A stretch of 64,000 bases of DNA from Laetmonice hystrix (Eukaryota), in the NCBI GenBank assembly GCA_965235115.1, contig OZ249447.1:24862001-24926000 (forward strand). The letters are read 5' to 3'. The position numbers were made by a program, and so were the translations under genes. Below are positions 48,831 through 61,700 of the stretch, one piece after another. How positions within the stretch are numbered: position 1 is the first letter of the stretch; each line of letters begins with the position of its first letter. Below the pieces are notes generated by a model that made no database searches, had not been told where the DNA came from, and saw only the letters and a list, made by a program, of their open reading frames with translations.

Positions 48831-51163
48831 AATGTGTCTATCTCTGATTCAGTGTAGGCCTCACTACATATAGAATACAAACTGAATTATTTTGGTGTTC
48901 TAGGATGAAAATTTTTAAGTTAGATTTTCCTTATAAATAAAAGTTTGAAATCCCTTGTACAACTCAATTTGACCTATTTTCCCCTCCGTGGCCTTTGGCG
49001 CGGCCGATTTTCCCGGCGATGTGTGTCAAGAACACCAAAGTCAAAGACTCAATATTCCAAGCTTGTGCTCATCATGTGAATCTTCCCAATATTCTGTGAA
49101 ACGGTAGAAGAAGACACCCTATGCTATACCGTAGCTGTGCCCACGCCGAAGGGTAGGATACCTAGAATAGATGTATATTATTGCAGTGTAGTCGTAGTGC
49201 ATTTAGTCACGGGTTAGCGTAGTTCCTGGTGGTGACCCCCGACCGGTGACTGGTCCATCCATGTACGGAACCCATGTCCGTAGGCCTGCTCGCTCGACGT
49301 ACGATTGGAGAGGAAATTGTATGCATTACAGTCCGGTTTCTGCTAATTTCCTGGCCGCAGTTACTATACTGGTTGTAATCCCGGGTGAGATCACTGTGCT
49401 GTCGGAGCTGAGCTGTTTCCTGCCGAGCAAGCCTGCATAGTGTGCCTGTGCCCAGTTGCCCAGCGCCCCGGACCCTGAGCACAGATGATCCGCGGACGGT
49501 AGGCGTACACGTGTGGCGAGGGGTGATGAAGGGTGTGCGCCGCGGTCAGACAGTGCTGCCCATTCGGTGATGATGTCATGCACGTACCACTGATTACGGT
49601 TGATTTAGTGACGTAATTAAAGCCCAGCCCCAGGCGACCCCTCTATCACCTACAAAACGGCACAGTGAACCCCTCTTATTCCTATAAATAGGGGCTGTAA
49701 ATGCCCAAGTCAACTTGAGCCGGGATAGAATATATATATCATACTTTCTTTTTTAGGTTACAATATTAATGAGCCTAATAATTAATAACGACATATAGAC
49801 TATATTATAGGGCCTATAATTATATAATACAACATCATTATTTCATATATTCAATGGTGATATCAAAACGATATATTTGGCAGATTAAAAAGGAGAATAT
49901 AAGAACTAAGATATTCGTGATGATTGGTTTAATGCTTATTTTTCTCATATTTATGTATGAATATGGGATACTTAAAACTATTTGTAGGTCTATCAAATAC
50001 ATAAATACCTCTAAGATATAGGGTAGGCTACGTGCAAGGTAGGCATACGTAGGCCAATACTAAATTTGAAAGTCCCTTCCCTTCATATGCCCAGTCTTAC
50101 GTCAAATCAGGCCCGCAATACGGGGCATATGCCATTTTTTGACCTTTCCCGCCTGCTTATGTGCATGGCATTTCACACAGTTCGATTCAGAGAGTGTATA
50201 CACCACCTATAACCTCCGGTGTAAAATGTGTGACCTTTGTGGGATATGGAGTGTCATTGCCGATTATGACGTAATGCAGCGGTTGACTTGTTAATACACT
50301 CAATGCCATGTGATGGGGATTCCCCAGCACTCTGCACAGACTCACAGACAATGCCAGGCATGGTGATTGTGAGTCAGTCAACTGGGTCATGATTGTCAAA
50401 GGTCAAATCTGGGTGATACAAAAGGGGGTGAATGAATAAGTAAGTAAGCGCCTACGACGTGCACTTTGTCCCCAGAGAATCAGACCCGGCTAACTGAGCC
50501 TGAGTCATCACGTCTGTGAGGTTGTATTTCATTCATTCTGTCGATCGGTCTGTGCCTGCCTGAGCTCGCATGGTGCTCAGGGCAGCACAAGCTAGCACAA
50601 GGAGAGTGGCCTACCTGGTTGTTGTAGGAGAAAAAATGCTGACTGAAGGCAGGAATGCAGTCACAGCTGTCACTCATCTCCTCTCTAGACATAGTGGACA
50701 TAGTCAGACAAGGTCTAGGTGATACATATACCTATACTGTCAATATCAGGAAGTTCTAATGTGTCGTTAATAACACCGCGGACTTTTATCATCGTAGTAA
50801 TCTAGCATGGGTGTATTGTTTCTACTCATAATAGAGGGAGAGGATGTGTGAACTGGTTGTTTGCGTATTTCCATTGTATTCCATTGTTGCATATTTCCAA
50901 TTATCAAAATAGTCCCATGCAGACAGAAGTGTTATATTTACACAGTAGAATAGTTAAAAGGAAGGTTTTATTAGTCTTTCTTGCTTGCTTTCTTTCTTGC
51001 CTCCTTTCTACCTCTTTCTTTGTAAGTGTTGCTTATATCCTCACTGTGTTTTGATCTCTATGTGTACTATCAGTGAGTCAGAAGTGCCCAGTATCAGTGA
51101 ACTAACAATTAGAAGGTCAGGTTTATGAACTCTGACCTTTGAACTATATGCGCCCAGGTGGCC

Positions 51164-54100
51164 ATGCTGCAAGGTGTGATTCAGACGGTGGGGAGGATGG
51201 CTTTGAGATGTCCCCCTGAAGTCCTGCTGAGAAATGCAATCAGGTGAGTAGACCATTAGTATACCTTAGGTAATGAACAAAAAAACAAAATACTGATAGT
51301 GTATATCAAGGATATCATCTCCAAGGTTATCTATCAACTGCATGTGATACTTTAATCCAAACGAATTCTAAAGGTCTGAAGATAGGGAAGAGTTCGATAT
51401 TACATGTAAATGCTTTACATGTAAATGTTTGATAAAAACCTACATATATTGATTGAACATTTCCACTTGAATAACCCCAGAAGCCAGCAGGAGACTGGAG
51501 TCGGAGTGTCGGCTCGGTGTGTGAGTAGCTCGGCGGACGTTCCCACGTACCGGGCGGCCGTTTGTACCGACCTCGGCCAACCCCTCGGTCTGCGGCAGCT
51601 GCCGCGCCCGCCGCTTGGACACGGAGAGGTGAGTTTACTCTTACAGAAAAATTTTATTTTGTCGGGTAAGAAACGTCAGGTATAATGCAGCTGCTACTAG
51701 CATACCGGTGGTGTAAAAAATTAGTATGCCTACCATTATGAGGACATTTAATATTAGACTCCTATATCAGTTATGTGAAAAGTTATATGAAGTTACGAAG
51801 ACTTCTGGACATCCCTTCACGGGGCATGCGTGTTTTCTCAAATGCATAGAATTGAGTGATGTTCATAGTTTGAGATACACAGTTTTATCCATTGATTCCT
51901 AATTAGGGAGAACTGTTTAACATATGGGGTGGGGCGGGGACTGGTATAGAAATACCCCATAGTTTATTCGTATAAAAATAGGGCCTACCCGGGTGGGGCA
52001 GGGACTAGTATAGAAATACCCAGTAGGCCTAGTTCAGGTCATTGGTCAAAAACGTTTTATTAAGTGGAGACTTCCCCTGTGTATCCATGTGGCCAAGGAC
52101 CCGCTGGCTGGTACACTAGAAAACTGTAGGAGTAGAGTACCCCCCACCCCCACCCCCACCCCCCACCCCCCCGCTACTATCCTCGATCCTCTCCCCTGTC
52201 ACGGTGGTTCTGTTACCTATACGCAGTAGGCCTACCTGATATAAACACAGAATGAGAACTGACTACAGCTTGTGGATAACTGTAGGTTCGCGTGGCCGTA
52301 CAGAGTGCCGGGATCAACTTTGCTGACATTTTGCTGATCCAGGGAAAGTATCAGGAAAAACCGGAGCTTCCCTTCGTGCCTGGTAAGTCAGCACGTACAT
52401 CATCCCGCTAGGGGGCAGTAGGTGCAAGTGCTCACCACCATTTTGGACCAACCTCCCGTTAGGTGGCAGCATGTGCAAGTGCTCGCCTTTCATTGCCCCG
52501 AACAGTCCCACTGTCCTACTTCTAAATTAAGGATGTCTACAAGAATGCTGACAAAACTTACGTACCCGCTCTAAATGGCGAAGTACTGTGTTCTTGTTGA
52601 CACTACATGATACAGTGCCATGACCCTCAGTATCTGTAAGCCGATGAGTACAAACAGGGCAGGTACGGACAGAAAGAGACCGGCAATAATTAGCCTGGTT
52701 CCCCTGCCCGCCGCTACGCTCCTTGGCGCTGATGGTCGTTCGCCAGCGACCATCAGCGCCAATGAGCGGAGCGGCCGGCAGGGGAACCAGGTCAATAGTT
52801 TGCTCTTTGCCCCCCGTCAATTTCAAACCATGCTAGCATTATATTGCCCCGATTTTCTTTTACTGGTATGTAGGGTCGGAGCTTGCTGGAGAAGTACTGG
52901 AGGTTGGTAAGGGAGTAGAGAATGTTCAGCCTGGTGATAGAGTTCTTGGAGTGAGTCCAACATTTGGGGCATTCGCTGAAGAAGCTGTTGTTCAGAGTAG
53001 AGTAAGTGTACCCAATCTTTTCGATAATTTATCTATCACATTTTTGTAACTTTGTCGTTTCTATTTATGTACCAATATGCTGACGTTTTAATGCAACCCG
53101 TTTTTATGTTCTCAGGTCCTCGCCCCCCTCCCAGACAGCTTGTCATACACGACTGGAGCAGCCTTAGTGATAACATACGCCACAGCCTACATGGCCCTGA
53201 CGCGGCGAGCCAACATCAAAGAAGGGTTAGTCACTCTACTGCCACCTACCGTCTCATTGGTCAAGTCAGGTCAACTAATCATACACGCTTTTCAATAGGT
53301 CAACTTTTTGCTCGCTAAACAATAGTATTTTTCTTTTAAAATATTTTTAGAAAATTATTTTTATCGCGATGTATGTAAGGCAGAATGGGTTGAAATGAGT
53401 GTTTGTGAGGATATGTTATACGATGACCGTCGTCGGTAGTTTAATCTCAGACCTGTCCTCACACCGTTCGATCTACAGGGACACGGTGCTCGTGACAGCA
53501 GCCGCTGGAGGTGTCGGGCTGGCTGCCGTGGACCTCGCCGCTAACGTTTTCAACGCTAAGGTTGGTTCAAAGTCACTCTGTCCATGTCACCGGGGACTAA
53601 AAATCGTGTCATTTAACCGTTTTTTTTAACCAAACTTTAAATTTTCTCTTTATGTATAGGTGTTGATCTGTTTTCACGAAGGGCTTTATATATTCTCCAG
53701 GTGATTGGAGCGTGTGGTAGCCCGGCTAAGTGTGCTCTTGTTAAGGGAAAGGGAGCGTTTGCTACCATTGATTATAGCCAGGAGAGTTTGAGGGAGAGAG
53801 TTAAAGAGCTGACTAACGGCAGAGGCGCTGACATCGTGATGGATGCTGTGGGCGGCACGGTGTTTGACCAGTGTCTCAGATGGTTAGTGTCATCCTCACA
53901 CCCTAGGGGGCGGCGCTGTCGGCTTTAGCACAACGGACGATTAGCCTGGTTCCCCTGCCCGCCGCCCCGCTCCTTGGCGCTGATGGCGCCAAGCAGAGGA
54001 GCGGCGGGCAGGGGAACCAGGCTAAACGGCCCATGTGACTTTCATTATGTTCTCTTAAAAAAAATCTCATCAATTTTTTCTATATTTCCTTCTAAGTGAT

Positions 54101-54868
54101 ATTTGTAGCATTAATTATTCCGTTCAGTATAAGTTGTCTAATTATGTATCAGGGCTAGGGCAGGCCATGGGAATCTTTGTGAATCACATGGAATTTTATT
54201 CATGTCAGTGGTGGTAGACGATCTAGCACATTTTCTCCCATCTTTTTTGAAGCATAGCGTTCGAGGGTAGATTGGTGGTGATTGGGTTCGCATCGGGTGA
54301 GATCCCTAAGGTACCAGCCAACATTCTACTGGTGAAGTCATGCTCAGTGGTGGGGATCTACTGGGGCAGCTACAGCGTGCGCTGTCCTCCAGCGTTTGCC
54401 GAGTCGGTCCGGGCAGTGCTCCAGTATGCTGCCGACGATAAGATAAAACCGCACGTCTCACACGAGTTCGGCATGCACCAGGTGGGCAGTGACAGGGGTA
54501 TTAGTATACATGAGTCCACATGGGGAGCTTCAGTGGGGGATCGAAGGGGGGTCTACCCTTCTAAAATCAGGATGTTATTATTATCATGAATGACATGGGG
54601 GCCGCCCCCCTAACCAAAGAAAACTCCTGTATCTGCCAGGGAGGTTGCCTGAAACTAAAATAATCCAGGCGCGGATCCTTGAACAGGTGTCGAGTGGACC
54701 CCAGCACGTAACATTATTATGTGAAGAATTTATTATATATCAATTTTTACATTACATTGACTGATCTGTGACTTTTGTCCAAAGGTAAACAACGCCATCA
54801 AGATGGTTGCGGAGAGGCAGTCGACCGGCAAAGTCATTGTCGACGTGCGGTACTCTTTCGAACATTGA
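51164..54868 (+). CDS. CRYZL2: Quinone oxidoreductase-like protein 2 (MDR / zeta-crystallin family, NADPH-dependent), 379 aa, 9 exons
   Basis: Exons 51164-51243, 51481-51628, 52286-52382, 52874-53001, 53116-53225, 53479-53560, 53701-53882, 54253-54481, 54785-54868; phases consistent. Motifs AGINFAD..GKYQEKP.LPFVPG.E.AG, TAAAGGVG, DAVGG, GFASG, STGKV. The symbol is a family-level assignment. Confidence 0.9.
52691..52794. mobile_element. Palindromic hairpin MITE, copy 1, in QOR intron 3
   Basis: tagcctggttcccctgcccgccgct...gctgatggtcg / cgaccatcagc...gcaggggaaccagg; near-perfect fold-back. Confidence 0.8.
53942..54024. mobile_element. Palindromic hairpin MITE, copy 2 (internally shortened), in QOR intron 7
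   Basis: tagcctggttcccctgcccgccgc...gcggcgggcaggggaaccaggcta with TA at both ends. Confidence 0.8.
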
Positions 54869-55247
54869 CAGCAGTCTGACGAACTAACCAAACGAACGGA
54901 TGCTTTATTACAATGCTCTGCGATAGGTTAACTAACACTTTCATGAGATTAGACTAATTTCGATTCGTTCATGAATATGTTCATGAATGGGTAGTTAAAA
55001 CTGGCCCAAGTCATATTGTCTGAATATGGACACCTGTACAATGTTGGAAACAAGATGTTGGATGATAAAATCACCTCAGAGCACAGAGACAACCCATCCA
55101 GTCGTTTTCTGTCAGGGATAAACGTTGATCAAAGCGGTTAATGTGTTAGAAGGACCTTTGTCAGAACCTCCTAAAGAAACAGGAATGTGGTGCTACGTGT
55201 CCAGTTGTATATATTTGTAAACTGCATACCTAATAGGTAAAATTTGT

Positions 55248-55292
55248 AATAAAGAATGTTTTTATGTTGCTTAAACAAAAGCTTGATTTATT
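55248..55292. terminator. Back-to-back polyadenylation signals of the convergent QOR (+) and FGD-C (-) genes
   Basis: AATAAA on + at 55248-55253; TTTATT (AATAAA on -) at 55287-55292. Confidence 0.5.
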
Positions 55293-55754
55293 TGTTACCT
55301 GTTACTGTTATAGTTTGTTAATACAAACACATTTAGTTCCATGGAGTCTCCCTTAATCTGGATATTTCGCTCATATTGCATGCATTGCATATGAAGTACT
55401 GCATTATAAGGTCCCAACCCAAAATTGCATTCAAACTTTGAAAGCATAACGCCCACATTGAAATTTCAGAAGGTTAGGAAAACGTGTTATAATTCCTTAC
55501 GACTATCGTCATACTCCGTGTAATATTACCATACAGTCTGATTGCCTTAATGTTAGGCCCTTATAATGTTAGTATAGTAATATCGATAGTGCTGGTTTAG
55601 CAATTTGGGTGCACATGGAAACAATTTGGTGGAGATCCCTATATCAGCCCACCTTTCTAGTGGTTTCCCAAGAGTTAGTTAGCCTTGAGACCATGGATCA
55701 TCATCAAAAGAAGGCACTGGTTCAAGGTTTGGCTGACGGGCCCGGCGCATGACG

Positions 55755-58700
55755 TCACGGACTGGAGTCGTTACTATGGAGCGGCGGTTCCGGTTTGGCG
55801 CCGTCTGGCGGTGGCGTTTGGAGGTCCGGCGGCAGCTCAGCTATAACGGCACAGTGGAGGACTCTCATCCACCTGCAACCACACCAGTACGGATCCAACA
55901 GTCAACCAGCATTTCAATGACGGTAACAGCTAAAACATATTAAATTTCTGTCTCTGTTTGCCTTTCTCTCTCTTTATCTCTCTCTCCCCCTCTCTAACTC
56001 TGTCTTAGCGCCTTCATCTCTTCCTCTCTATCTTTCTATCTCCCTACTATCATTATAGAAATGAGGAGACTATGTACAGCAGGGGGTACCTCTCCATGCT
56101 GGCGCTGTCGTCTGTGTAGAAGTAGTAGGTCTTGCCGAGCCCGGTGTGGAAGATAATGAAAGCGTTCTCCTGGTCAATGTGGTCCTCCAGCACTGCCTCC
56201 CTCATCTGGCAACCGGGCAGTGGCAGGGTCGTTTTGGCGTGAATATCCTGAAGATCAAAGGACAAGGTAGCAATGAGTGAGTGAAAACTCATTTGGTCCA
56301 CGCAGATGAATCTGCATGCCGACACATATGTCATTCAACCAACGGCACCAATGAGTCATACAGTATTCTAACCTACCACTGGCAATTAAACGGTCTTTGC
56401 TGCCGTCTGGTGTTTTGACTTTCAATTAAAACTATAAGAACTGCCCCCGTACCTGGGGAGCCTTGAAGGAGTAGAGTACAAAGGTTGCGTGGACGGCGAA
56501 CCAGCGTCTCTCCCATGTCTTCTTGTCCAAGCTGATCCAGAGGTAGGAAGACAGAACCGCGGGGTCGTTCCCCTTCACCTGTACATGGTCATGCAACGTA
56601 CCAACTTTAATACTTTAATTACTAATATCTCTACCTTTATACATGTATTTTATCATTTATTAATTAAGTGGATATAAATATAAAAGGGCACCTGTTTTTC
56701 AAAAGCGGTACCTTTTCTGTTATTACTGAGGAGCAACTGACACCCTGTATAGGTTCGGGCCTGCTCACTTTGAGAATGGCTCGTCGCCGCCGACTCCTCT
56801 GGGACCGACGTACGCTTGGCGCCCCCTTCTGGCCTTTGCCGGAGATGATCTGGAAGCATTTCTTGCACACCCTACCCGGCTTGTCGTTCAGGTACGGCAG
56901 CGGCAGCTTCTTGGACGAGCACTCGGCGCACACCACCTATATGACATTATCAAACACGTACTGTTCAATATTGCTTCTTATTCTTCAATTGGATTTCTGG
57001 TTCTTGTAACTTCACCTCGGCTGTAAATCTAACTCTACTGAGAAAGGACAGAGTTTTGTGGCTGATCAAGTGGTGGGGGGAGGAGGAGCTTCCCCCCCCC
57101 CCCCCGCCTCCAGCTGACTTGCTAAAATTGATATTTTCAGGATGCTAACCAGGCCACAGCAGCGGCAGTGATGGCGCCGCCTGATGACAGAGAATGTGCC
57201 TCCACAGTGCTGACACATACTGGCGTATTCGTCCTTCACCCAGGTGGGCGCCAGGTGACCCAACTGGTCCTCGTCTATCTAGGTCAACGTCAAGGTCAAC
57301 ACTTATATAAACTTCTAACAATAGCCAGCCGAGGTCATAACAAGTCATGCATCAATGTTCCATATCTTTGCCTGTCCTTTTATTTGGTCTGTCTTTAAAT
57401 ATGTCGACGGATTCGTGGATTAGACTAATCCTGTACTCCTATAGCTGGAGGGCCGGCATTGTCCCTAAAGTACGAATAGTGTGATCGGCCCCTTATTATC
57501 CAAAACATCTAATCAGTTTATTTTTCTATACTTCTGTGTCCTTTGGATCCGAATCCTGCCCGCTGAGTTTAAACAATCGCCATTATTACCTACCAGAGGT
57601 TCAATGTTACTCGTCCTCTTCTTACTGGCCAGCTCTGTGATGGCATTTCCAATTTTTGACATCCACTCAGACTTCTCACTATCCGAGCTGTCATGCATTA
57701 AGATATCGCAATTCCATAATTTAGGTGAGCCTATTTGTCGGTTTTACTTCTTGGCACAAAAGTAGTCTAAAGCGGTTACCAATAAATCATAGTAAGATAC
57801 AGATTGCATTTGATCGATAAACTTGAACCACGTCTGTAACACAATGCTTAACTCCCGGATCAAATTAAATGTTAAATACACACCAATATTGTTTGTGAAA
57901 GAATACTAAAATCCTGAACATCATTTGCCGCAGAAGTTAGTTGTGTGTGAAAACTTAAGGCTGAAGGTATATTACCTGGCGCGGATCTCTATTGTGACGA
58001 TTTTAGACTTGAGGTAGAAGGAGTTGGTATTTTTTAAGGTGTCCCCCTCCAGAACCTGTGTACAATATAGACAACTCTCCAATGTGAAATACGGAATGCT
58101 GTACTAAAGGTATTGATTAGAACGTATATCTGTTTCTAGTCACTTAGTTTTGACTCCCAAAATAATATAAAATGTCTTCCTCTACCTTTAGTTTTGCCAG
58201 ATCCATTTTCTGATCGATGTGGTATCGATGAAGCGGGCCAATAAGATGACTCTTGCATATCAGCAACATGTCACTGAACTGGAATCAACAACCCATATTA
58301 ACGTTAAACCTTATGGTAATACGTTGATGGTGAGTAGTATTTCCTACAAACTTTGTATTTTTTCATTTATTTCATTTCTTTTCCTTTCTTCTTTACCAGA
58401 AACAAGTATCGGTCACGGCTGGTGGCCTTTCCTCTTGCTATGATGACGAGCTTGCCCTCCTTGATGAGTTCTCTCGAGGGGTCAATGAGGTCAATTGCCC
58501 CGCCAAATTTGTCTTTCAGGTCCAACAGCTTCCGGAATTTTTCCTGTTGGAGGGCACCGTTAAAAACGAACTATCGATAAGTTTGGGTAAAAATTCAGAA
58601 CATAGAATCATGAGAAGCACGTTTATATTAGGACTAATTTTAGGCCTACTATGGAGCTAATTCTGCGAGGAAGTTAATATTTTGTCGGTTGTAAACGTGT

Positions 58701-61700
58701 CTCATCAGGTCCATATTAGAAACTATAGTAGTTTTTTTTACCGATAGTTGCATCCTATACTACAGGGTGTGTAAAATAAGTGTTTCAGACACCCTGGATA
58801 AACAGTTTAGGAGTAAACAGTACCCACCGTTTGTCTCATCGTATCGTTGATACAGGCTGCTGCTTTCGTCACGGATTCAAGCGCTTCTGTCATGGTGAAT
58901 GAGATTAAATGATTTTACATGAATCAAAAAAATGCATGCCGTCTGTAAAAGGAACTTTTACAGAGATTTTCAATATGATATTCTTGTCTTGTCGTCCTTT
59001 GTTTGATCTTAATTCGATAAATTATTGGTCTGGTTTTGAAAGCATTATTTGATAAACTCTATATCAAAACAAAAATTCATTCATCACTTACTTTCCACAT
59101 CCTGCCTGTCTTCAGAATTTTCTTGAAGTTCTTTCAAGTAGTCTGCCAAGTCGTAAATCATTACGTTCAATTCAAAATGACGGAAAAGTATGGATTTGGC
59201 AAATAAGTCTCTTAATAATAAATCTTTACCTACGGATTCACAGTATTATGAGGTTTTGTAAATGCATTAAAGGTTTCTCGCTTAATTTACATAGGATTCT
59301 TCAGAAAAGGTCAACCAACCTTTGAGGAGGAGTTCATAACGTGGGACCCGCTGGATGGGTTCTAACATGTGATGTTGGAGAGTCAACATCCCACACTCTG
59401 GCATTCTCTAAAAAATAAAAGAAGAAAAAAAATAAGTCTGCCCACAATAGGTGTGAACTAGTCTTCTAATTCCAGTCAGTTTCAGATCACAAGAGTAGGC
59501 TCATTACAGAAGTTCGAGCGATCTCAGTATTAAAATGTCGTCTTTCAACATCTTAATTCTAAAGACTTCCTATAAATTTCCCCTGGATGTTGCTCTCCAA
59601 TACAAACAGGCCGACGTACGTGTATTTCGTTGATGATGTCGGCGAACGGCTTGCTGCGTTCCTGCCACACTCTGAGAATGTTCATAGAGTGGTCAAAGTT
59701 CCGCACGTACTCGGAGTACATTTTGAGGAAGGGCGCAAACCGGCGGAACAGGTCACCGATCTTTGGCAGCTTGTCCCTGGAGAAGTTCATCGGTTTATGG
59801 CGTGAAAACGCTGACAGTCAAATGCTTGTACACAAATGTAATTTACAGTATTTGATTATTGGCCTAAAATAAGGTGAGTATACAACCAAGAACAGGGTAA
59901 GGCGGGAATAACTATACTCCCGTGCCAGGAACTATGCCTACTCCGAGCCTAGAGAGGGTCTCCGACTTCTGTTTTTTTATTTCATGGGTGAGGCCCGGTA
60001 TACTTAGTATTGTGGCCTTGCCCCCCACCGCCGACCAACTTACCACACTGCCAGTCGGCGGTCCAGTTGTGGAAGGAAAGTCTCCTTGTGAAGCTGGTAG
60101 ATACTCTGAATGTTGGCAAATATCTGCGGAATGACGTCAGCCGGAAAGAGGTGTTCTCCCTCATTGGCCAGTGCGACGCGTTCATTGAACACCTGAATCA
60201 TAACGGACTCTTGAGGGTCAAAAGGTTGAGTTTAACCATCAGATTCAGATGACCTTCAGATTAAGATGACCTTCATCGAAGTGGTGATGGTTTCTGACAT
60301 ATTTCATATCTTTCATGGAAAATACAGTGTCGACTTCGTGAAACAGACCTGAACACTTGTGTTTATCCATAACGATATGAAATCTGCTAGGCCTATTGAT
60401 AATGAACATAATATAGCATACCTCAAAGATAAGATGTAACCGTTTGACGTAGGCCTTCTCAGTCGTTAACAGTTCCTCTGCCACGCGCTTTAATTTTCCT
60501 CCACCTTCCGTCGTCTCCTGCGGTGATACCTCAACAGAGAAATGTTAATTGACAAAATTATCATATCTCCATGAATCAGCGATTTAAGCTGCTTTTGTTT
60601 TATACTTTGGGATTAGAAATCCCCATTTTCTATACTCACCTCCCCTGATTTTTGCGAGTAATCGCCATCACCTTCTTCACTTTCGCTGTCCGAGCTAAAA
60701 TCGCTGTCCCAGTAATAGTCATCGTCGTCATCGTCGTCATCACTATAGCTTTCGTCATCCTGCACCTCTTCCCCTCTCCGATGGACTGCATACTGACCGG
60801 CATTCTCATATAGGGGTTCCGGGTTCAGAAACATGGAAACGTTTTCATAGACCGTTTTCCGGGACGCTTTTACTTCATGCTGTTTTGTGTTAGTTTCGTT
60901 GATAGTTTCGTAGAGATCTTCCTGGGATTGCCAGAGTGCGTCCATTGTTTTTCGGGCGTGCTCCAATAACACCGAGTCCTTGACCTCTTTAGTGTCGCAT
61001 GGCCATGAAGTATTGTCGTCCTCGTATGGTTGGCTGGTGTCTGATGCGTTCTGCTCTAGGTCATCTGCTGTGTGGTTTTCGCCATGCGTTTCTTCGTAGT
61101 CAACTTCGACTGGCCAGGCTTCTGTGTATCCATATTCTGTTTCACCTAGAGAATTATCAAATTGTGTTCTTGGTTTTTCTGTGTTGGACTCATTGGCAGT
61201 TTGCTCCGGTTCGAGATGGGACTCATTGGCAGTTTGCTCTGGTTCGAGATGGGACTCTTTGGCAGTTTGCTCCGGTTCGAGATGGGACTCCAGACCTTCC
61301 ACGGACGCGACCTTTGGCACGTCCTTGAATTCATGACATTGTTCGGTATTGTCACTGATGCCTGCGATGTCGCCATCCTGATCTTCATCATAGAACAACG
61401 ATTTGCTGGTGTCTACTTGCCTCTTCTTTCTTGAATCATTAGAAAATCTCGTTCTCATCTTCTGCAAGAAGGTCCTTTTTTCGCCATTTGGATTCCTTGG
61501 TTTCTTGTCCAATGATTCCGTGCTGGACGTTTTGGACGACGGGTGTTCAGGGGAGCGGACGTCATAAGGGTCATGACCTCTGTACACTGCCCTCGGTTCT
61601 GTCTTCCTAGGTCCCTCCATCACAGCAGACGGAAGTCCACCACCCGCTGGATCCTTTGATTTCGGAGATTCCAGAGCACTTAAACCAAATTCTCCTTTCT

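Noticed and set aside
58761-58798. Mini Tc1/mariner-like tacagggtgt...acaccctg
   Set aside because: Only 8-bp arms and an imperfect TSD; too short to support.
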